From Aquamicrobium sp. (GTDB lineage: Bacteria; Pseudomonadota; Alphaproteobacteria; Rhizobiales; Rhizobiaceae): a stretch of 64,000 bases of DNA. The stretch lies in the NCBI RefSeq assembly GCF_023954335.1, contig NZ_JAMLIE010000005.1:30965-94964 (forward strand), in the 5' to 3' direction. This document shows, one piece after another, positions 59,174 through 64,000 of the stretch. Under the pieces are notes generated by a model that saw only the letters and a list, made by a program, of their open reading frames with translations, was not told the DNA's origin and did no database searches. The position numbers were made by a program, and so were the translations under genes. Positions within the stretch are counted from its first letter, which is position 1, and every line of letters begins with the position of its first letter.

Positions 59174-60514
59174 ATGGCTCTCTCGAAGGAAGAACTCAAG
59201 CAGCGGGTCTGCGCCGAGATAGACAGGCGGGCGGACGAGATCGTGGCGCTCAGTTCCGGCATCCTCGCAGACCCCGAAACCGGCTTCTTCGAGGAGCGCA
59301 CGTCGAGGATCGTGCAGGAGAAGTTCCGCGACATGGGCCTCGCCTTCGAAAGCGGTCTGGCGCGCACCGGCGTCAAGGCCAGGATGCGCGGCGGCTCCGA
59401 CGGGCCGACCGTCGGGATCCTCGGCGAGCTCGATGCGATCCTCACGCCCGACAGCCCGGTGGCAAACCCGGCGACGGGCGCCGCGCATGGCTGCGGCCAC
59501 AACGCCCAGATCGCGTCGATGATCGGCGCGGGCATCGGCTTGCAGACGGTCATGGAGCATCTCGACGGCGACGTCGTGCTGTTCGCCGTGCCGGCGGAGG
59601 AATGCATCCAGATCGAGGAGCGCCTGGAACTGCGCAAGGCCGGCGCGCTGGAATTCGTCATCGGCAAGCCGGAACTCGTCCGCATCGGCGCGTTCGACGA
59701 CATCGACATGGTCACCATCACGCACACGCCGCACGGGCTGGACGACAGCCATGCGAGCGTCGGCGACACGCACAACGGAGCGCTCGTCAAGCGCATCCGG
59801 TTCAGGGGCGTCGCCGCTCACGCGGGCAGCTTCGCCCACAAGGGCGTCAACGCCCTGAAAGCGGCGCTCCTGTCGATCTCGGCCATCGACGCCCAGCGCG
59901 AACGCTTCGCGGAGAGCGATCTCGTCCGCATCAGCCCCGTCATCACCAAGGGCGGCGACGGCACCAGCTCGGTGCCTTCGGATGTGCGGATCGAGACGAT
60001 GGTGCGCGCGCGCACGGTCGAGGCGATGCGCGAGGCGAGCCAACTCGTCGATCGCTGCATGAGGGCGGGCGCGCTGGCGATCGGCGCAGCCGTCGAGATC
60101 GAGACCGTCTCCGGCTACATGCCCAACAACCCCGACAAGCGCCTGATCGAGCTGCAATATCAGAACTGCGCGCAGGTCGTCGGCAGCGCGCGCATGGGCG
60201 TGGCCCGCCACCAGACGGGTTCCACCGATGTCGGGGACCTGAGCATGCTGATGCCGGTCGTGCATCCGCGCAGCGGCGGCACGGTGGGCGCGCCGCACAG
60301 CCGCGACTATTACGTGCGCGACCATGTGCTCGCCGCGGTCAACCCCGCGAAATCGATGGCGATGCTTGCGATCGACCTTTTGTATGACGGCGCCGCCGAG
60401 GGCCGGTCCGTCCTGCGCGGCGCGCAGCCGAAGCTGACGAAGGAGGAATACCTCGCGCTTCGTCGCGGGTTCGACGCCGGCGAGGTCTTCGACGGAACGG
60501 CGAATCTTGGCTGA
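59174..60514 (+). CDS. M20 amidohydrolase (Acy1-like/AbgB-like)
   Basis: PETGFFEE, GELDA, HGCGHNAQ, VPAEE, AHAG, GSTDVGD. Confidence 0.88.
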   Translation: MALSKEELKQRVCAEIDRRADEIVALSSGILADPETGFFEERTSRIVQEKFRDMGLAFESGLARTGVKARMRGGSDGPTVGILGELDAILTPDSPVANPATGAAHGCGHNAQIASMIGAGIGLQTVMEHLDGDVVLFAVPAEECIQIEERLELRKAGALEFVIGKPELVRIGAFDDIDMVTITHTPHGLDDSHASVGDTHNGALVKRIRFRGVAAHAGSFAHKGVNALKAALLSISAIDAQRERFAESDLVRISPVITKGGDGTSSVPSDVRIETMVRARTVEAMREASQLVDRCMRAGALAIGAAVEIETVSGYMPNNPDKRLIELQYQNCAQVVGSARMGVARHQTGSTDVGDLSMLMPVVHPRSGGTVGAPHSRDYYVRDHVLAAVNPAKSMAMLAIDLLYDGAAEGRSVLRGAQPKLTKEEYLALRRGFDAGEVFDGTANLG

Positions 60515-60527
60515 CGGGGGCACCGGC

Positions 60528-61316
60528 ATGATCGCGGAACAGTTCGCGGGGTCGGCCTTCATCGTCACGGGCGCGGCGTCCGGCATCGGCAAGGCGGTCG
60601 CGACCGCGCTTGTCGATCGCGGCGCGGCCGTGCTCGCCGTGGACGCGTCCGGGGACGGGCTGGAGCGCTTGTGCCGATCGTCCCTCGCCCGGGAACGCAT
60701 CGTGCCTGTCGAGCTCGATCTCGCGGACCCGGATACGTACCGGAAGCTCGGATCGGCCGTCGACGATTTCCACGCGGCCAGGCTCGCCGGCGCGGTCAAC
60801 TGCGCCGCCATCGTCGGCGTTTCAGGCGTCATGGCACAGGACATCCCGTCCTGGGACCGGCTTTTCGCGATCAACCTCCGCGCGCCCATGCTGATCACGC
60901 AGCTCGTCGCGCAGCGATCGTCGCCACGCGCGCCGGCCAGCATCGTCCACATCTCCTCCACCGCCGCCAGGATCGCGCGCGCCGGCCTCGCCGCCTACGC
61001 GTCGTCCAAGGCCGCCCTCGAGCAACTCACGAGGGTTCAGGCGATCGAGCTCGCGGCGCAGGGCGTCAGGGTGAACGCGATCCGCGTCGGGCTGGTCGAC
61101 ACCGAAGGCGTGCGCGCCGCCCTGAAGGACGACGAGAGCGAAAGAGCGCATCGACGCAAGATCGGGCGCATCCCGATGAAGCGGACCGGCCTGCCCGCGG
61201 AGGTGGCGGAGCTGGCATGTTTTCTGCTGGGGCCCGCAAGCAGCTTCTGCACGGGATCGGTATATCCGATAGACGGCGGCTATTCCGCCGGGATAGCGGA
61301 ACAGGAGTGCGGCTGA
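60528..61316 (+). CDS. Short-chain dehydrogenase/reductase
   Basis: TGAASGIG, NCA, YASSK, RVNAI, DGG. Confidence 0.9.
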   Translation: MIAEQFAGSAFIVTGAASGIGKAVATALVDRGAAVLAVDASGDGLERLCRSSLARERIVPVELDLADPDTYRKLGSAVDDFHAARLAGAVNCAAIVGVSGVMAQDIPSWDRLFAINLRAPMLITQLVAQRSSPRAPASIVHISSTAARIARAGLAAYASSKAALEQLTRVQAIELAAQGVRVNAIRVGLVDTEGVRAALKDDESERAHRRKIGRIPMKRTGLPAEVAELACFLLGPASSFCTGSVYPIDGGYSAGIAEQECG

Positions 61317-61326
61317 AGCCCGTTCT

Positions 61327-62487
61327 TCAGCGGCATATCGCTCCGACGCAGGAGAGGATGTACTGCCGTGATCTGGCGAGCTGCTCCACGGTGACGAACT
61401 CGTCCGGCTTGTGAGCCTGCGCGATATCGCCGGGGCCGCAGACGATCACGGGTATGTTCATCGCCTGGGTGAAACAGCCCGCTTCCGTCCCGAACGAGAG
61501 CTTCACGTCGGCGTTCTTGCCGCCGCAGCGCTTCGCCAGCAGAACGGCCGGGTCGTCCGCCGGCATGCGGAAGGCCGGATAGGAATAGACGTCGGCCACC
61601 GTCACGCCGCACCCGGCGCCGCGCGCCGCCATCTCCTCGTTCAGCCTGCTTGCCGGCCCGAAGACGAACCGCTCGGCCAGCGCGTCCGCATCCTCTCCCG
61701 GAAGGTAGCGGATCTCCATGTCGACGACGCAAAGGTCGGGCACGATATTGACCTGCGTGCCGCCGTTCATCACCCCGACATGCACGGTCGTGTGGGGCAC
61801 GTCGAACCCGTCCTGAAACGGCCCCGCCGTCGCGAAGCCCGCCGCTTCCTCCGTCACGGCGGACACGAACCGGGCGGCATAGGCCACGGCGTTGACGACG
61901 GTCGGCGCGCGGCTCGAATGGGCGGCCTCGCCGGTGAAGGCGAGGCGATAGGTGCGGTTGCCCTTGTGCGCCAGGCCGACCTCCATGCCGGTCGGCTCGC
62001 CAACGATGCACAGGTCGGGGTCGATGCCGCGTTCCTTCAGGTGGTCGATGAGGCCGTGAACGCCGAGGCACCCCAGCTCCTCGTCGTAGGAAAGGCAGAA
62101 ATAGACCGGCTTCGCGAGCGGGAGCCGGACGAGCTCGGGCACGCATGCCAGCGCGCCGGCGATGAACCCCTTCATGTCGGCGGCGCCGCGCCCGTAGAGC
62201 CTGTCGCCGACGCGCGTCAGGCTGAAGGGGTCCGTATCCCACGTCTGGCCCTCGACCGGAACGACATCCGTATGCCCCGACAGGATCAGTCCGCCCGGCG
62301 CGTCCGGGCCGATCCGCGCGACGAGGTTGGCCTTGTCGCCGTCCGGGGAGGCAAGGCGCCGGGTCTCGGCCCCGTGGCCGGCCAGATATGCCTCGATGTA
62401 ATCGATGATATCGAGATTGGATCGGTCGCTCACGGACGGGCAGGCGACGAGATCCGAGAGGATCCGGATGTCGTTTTCCAGATTCAT
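61327..62487 (-). CDS. argE: Acetylornithine deacetylase-like M20
   Basis: LSGHTDVVP, GRGAADMKGF, YDEELGC, GEPT, AHSS, GTEAG, QAHKPDE. The symbol marks the family; the substrate may differ. Confidence 0.8.
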   Translation of the reverse strand: MNLENDIRILSDLVACPSVSDRSNLDIIDYIEAYLAGHGAETRRLASPDGDKANLVARIGPDAPGGLILSGHTDVVPVEGQTWDTDPFSLTRVGDRLYGRGAADMKGFIAGALACVPELVRLPLAKPVYFCLSYDEELGCLGVHGLIDHLKERGIDPDLCIVGEPTGMEVGLAHKGNRTYRLAFTGEAAHSSRAPTVVNAVAYAARFVSAVTEEAAGFATAGPFQDGFDVPHTTVHVGVMNGGTQVNIVPDLCVVDMEIRYLPGEDADALAERFVFGPASRLNEEMAARGAGCGVTVADVYSYPAFRMPADDPAVLLAKRCGGKNADVKLSFGTEAGCFTQAMNIPVIVCGPGDIAQAHKPDEFVTVEQLARSRQYILSCVGAICR

Positions 62488-62513
62488 GGACTGTTTTCCG
62501 ATGCTTGTTGCGG

Positions 62514-63587
62514 TCAGAACGCGATGTGGGCCCTGCCGTCCTCGATGCGGATCGCGGTGCCGTAGCGTGCCGAGAGCCGGGCCACGCGCTCCAGGATGGC
62601 CTTCGAGACCGCCGGGTCCCTGGCGATGACGGGAAGGCCGTCCGGTTGGCATTCCGTGGGAACCAGCGTAATGCGGCGGACGCCGTCGCGGCCGATGTCG
62701 AACTCCGCGACGACGGACCACGGGTCGATGTCCTCGAAGATTTCGAGCTGCCGCGGCGTCGCGTTGATCCTGTCCTGCTGGGCGATGTTGTTGCCGAGGC
62801 TGTAGATGACGGGCTTGCCGTCGATCGTCTCGATGGCCGTCGGGCTGTGCCCGTGATTGCCGAGGATCATGTCCGCGCCGGCGCGGACGATCTGCTGCGC
62901 CAGGGGACGCTGATAGGTCGCGAGTGGCGTCCCGCGGCCGTAGCCCCAATGCATGCTGACGATGGCCACATCCGTCTCCGCCTTCAGCCGGTACACGGCC
63001 TCGACCAGCCGCTCCACGTCCTCCGGCTCGGCGAAGCTCTCCATCTTGATGGGCGCGCCGGGCTCGATCATCATGCCGATCGGGTCCAGCGCCGCGAGCT
63101 GGCGGACGCGCACGGCGGCGATGCCCGGCCGGTCGTCGAGCACCGCGTAATAGGGCGGCACGAGGCACGACGCGGCGAGGATGCCGACGCGGACGCCGCC
63201 GACGTCGCGGATCATCGGCCGCCACGCCTCCTCGGGCGTGCGCCCGCCGCCGACCGGCGTGACGCCCCCGGCCGACAGGTTGTCGAGCGTGTCGAGGAAC
63301 GCGTCCGGGCCGTAGTCCCACGTATGGTTGGTGGCGACCGTCATCACGTTGAACCCCGCCTTGCCGAGGTCCTGCCCCACCCTCGGCGGCACGAGATAGG
63401 CTATGGTGGAATCGGTGCGGAACCCGCGCGTCGAGAACTGCACCTCGCAGGAGCCCCAGACGAGATCGCCGCCGCGCAGGAAGGCCATCAGCTCGTCGAA
63501 GCCGGGCGAACTGACCGCGCCCTCGCCGAAGAGCGGGTGCCTGATGACGATGTCGCCGGCGGCCGTGAGAAGAAATCTGTCTGACAT
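62514..63587 (-). CDS. CapA (PGA_cap) metallophosphoesterase-fold protein, no signal peptide
   Basis: AGDI, ATNHTWDYG, SMHWG, GNHGH, YSLGN. Confidence 0.85.
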   Translation of the reverse strand: MSDRFLLTAAGDIVIRHPLFGEGAVSSPGFDELMAFLRGGDLVWGSCEVQFSTRGFRTDSTIAYLVPPRVGQDLGKAGFNVMTVATNHTWDYGPDAFLDTLDNLSAGGVTPVGGGRTPEEAWRPMIRDVGGVRVGILAASCLVPPYYAVLDDRPGIAAVRVRQLAALDPIGMMIEPGAPIKMESFAEPEDVERLVEAVYRLKAETDVAIVSMHWGYGRGTPLATYQRPLAQQIVRAGADMILGNHGHSPTAIETIDGKPVIYSLGNNIAQQDRINATPRQLEIFEDIDPWSVVAEFDIGRDGVRRITLVPTECQPDGLPVIARDPAVSKAILERVARLSARYGTAIRIEDGRAHIAF

Positions 63588-63611
63588 GATCGGTCGATCC
63601 TGCGGGGCTAT

Positions 63612-64000
63612 CTAGAGAAACACGCGCGTCATCCCGGGGAACAGGATAAGCAGGGCAAGCATGGCGAACATCGCCAGCACGAAGGGCAGCGCGCCGACGA
63701 TGACGTCGCCGATGCCGCCGCTCGTGCGGATGCCCTGGACCACGTAGAGGTTGATGCCGATGGGCGGCGTGATCATCGCCAGCTCGACGAGGATCATCAT
63801 CATCACGCCGAACCAGACCGGGTCGAAGCCGGCCATGAAGACGATCGGCGCGACGATCGGGATGGTCGCGATCATCATGGACAGGGTTTCCATGAAGCAG
63901 CCGAGGACCACGTAGAACGCGATCACCGCCAGCAGGGTCCATAGCGGCGACAGGCCGAGATTGGACATGAGCGCGTTGATCGAGCCCGACAGGCCGACGC
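63612..64000 (-). CDS. TRAP large permease (DctM), 5'-partial
   Basis: FDPVWFG, ELAMITPPIG.NL; the frame stays open to the window edge. Confidence 0.88.
   Translation of the reverse strand, partial: VGLSGSINALMSNLGLSPLWTLLAVIAFYVVLGCFMETLSMMIATIPIVAPIVFMAGFDPVWFGVMMMILVELAMITPPIGINLYVVQGIRTSGGIGDVIVGALPFVLAMFAMLALLILFPGMTRVFL

Noticed and set aside
61327-63942. 871-aa ORF ending in ArgE
   Set aside because: The upstream part is an off-frame overlay of dctM and capA; ArgE starts at 62487.

Overview
This is a GC-rich chromosomal window with the gene content of a Rhizobiales-type alphaproteobacterium. It is packed with transport and nitrogen/organic-acid catabolism modules: a dppABCDF peptide ABC system, a glycine-betaine-type ABC system, a BMP-type ABC system, two TRAP systems, a TPP-riboswitch-controlled thiXY pair, many M20/M24/amidohydrolase enzymes, an IS481-family element and several palindromic intergenic repeats. 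The two strongest candidates for undescribed systems are: (1) a co-oriented dgdA (2,2-dialkylglycine decarboxylase) / two-subunit B12 acyl-CoA mutase of the 2-hydroxyisobutyryl-CoA mutase clade / crotonase / acyl-CoA ligase cluster; (2) a cluster with two amidinotransferase-like penteins, a creatininase, an Asp/Glu/hydantoin-racemase-family enzyme, a carbamoylase-like M20 enzyme and a BMP ABC importer, suggesting catabolism of a chiral cyclic guanidine. Also notable are a secreted 1,396-aa WG-repeat/WD40/caspase/SH3 protein, a head-to-head junction of two 5'-truncated genes near 58,020, a frameshifted BCCT transporter, and a truncated gene start at the edge of an apparently lower-GC catabolic block. 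All family calls come from motif recognition by eye; no database searches were run.
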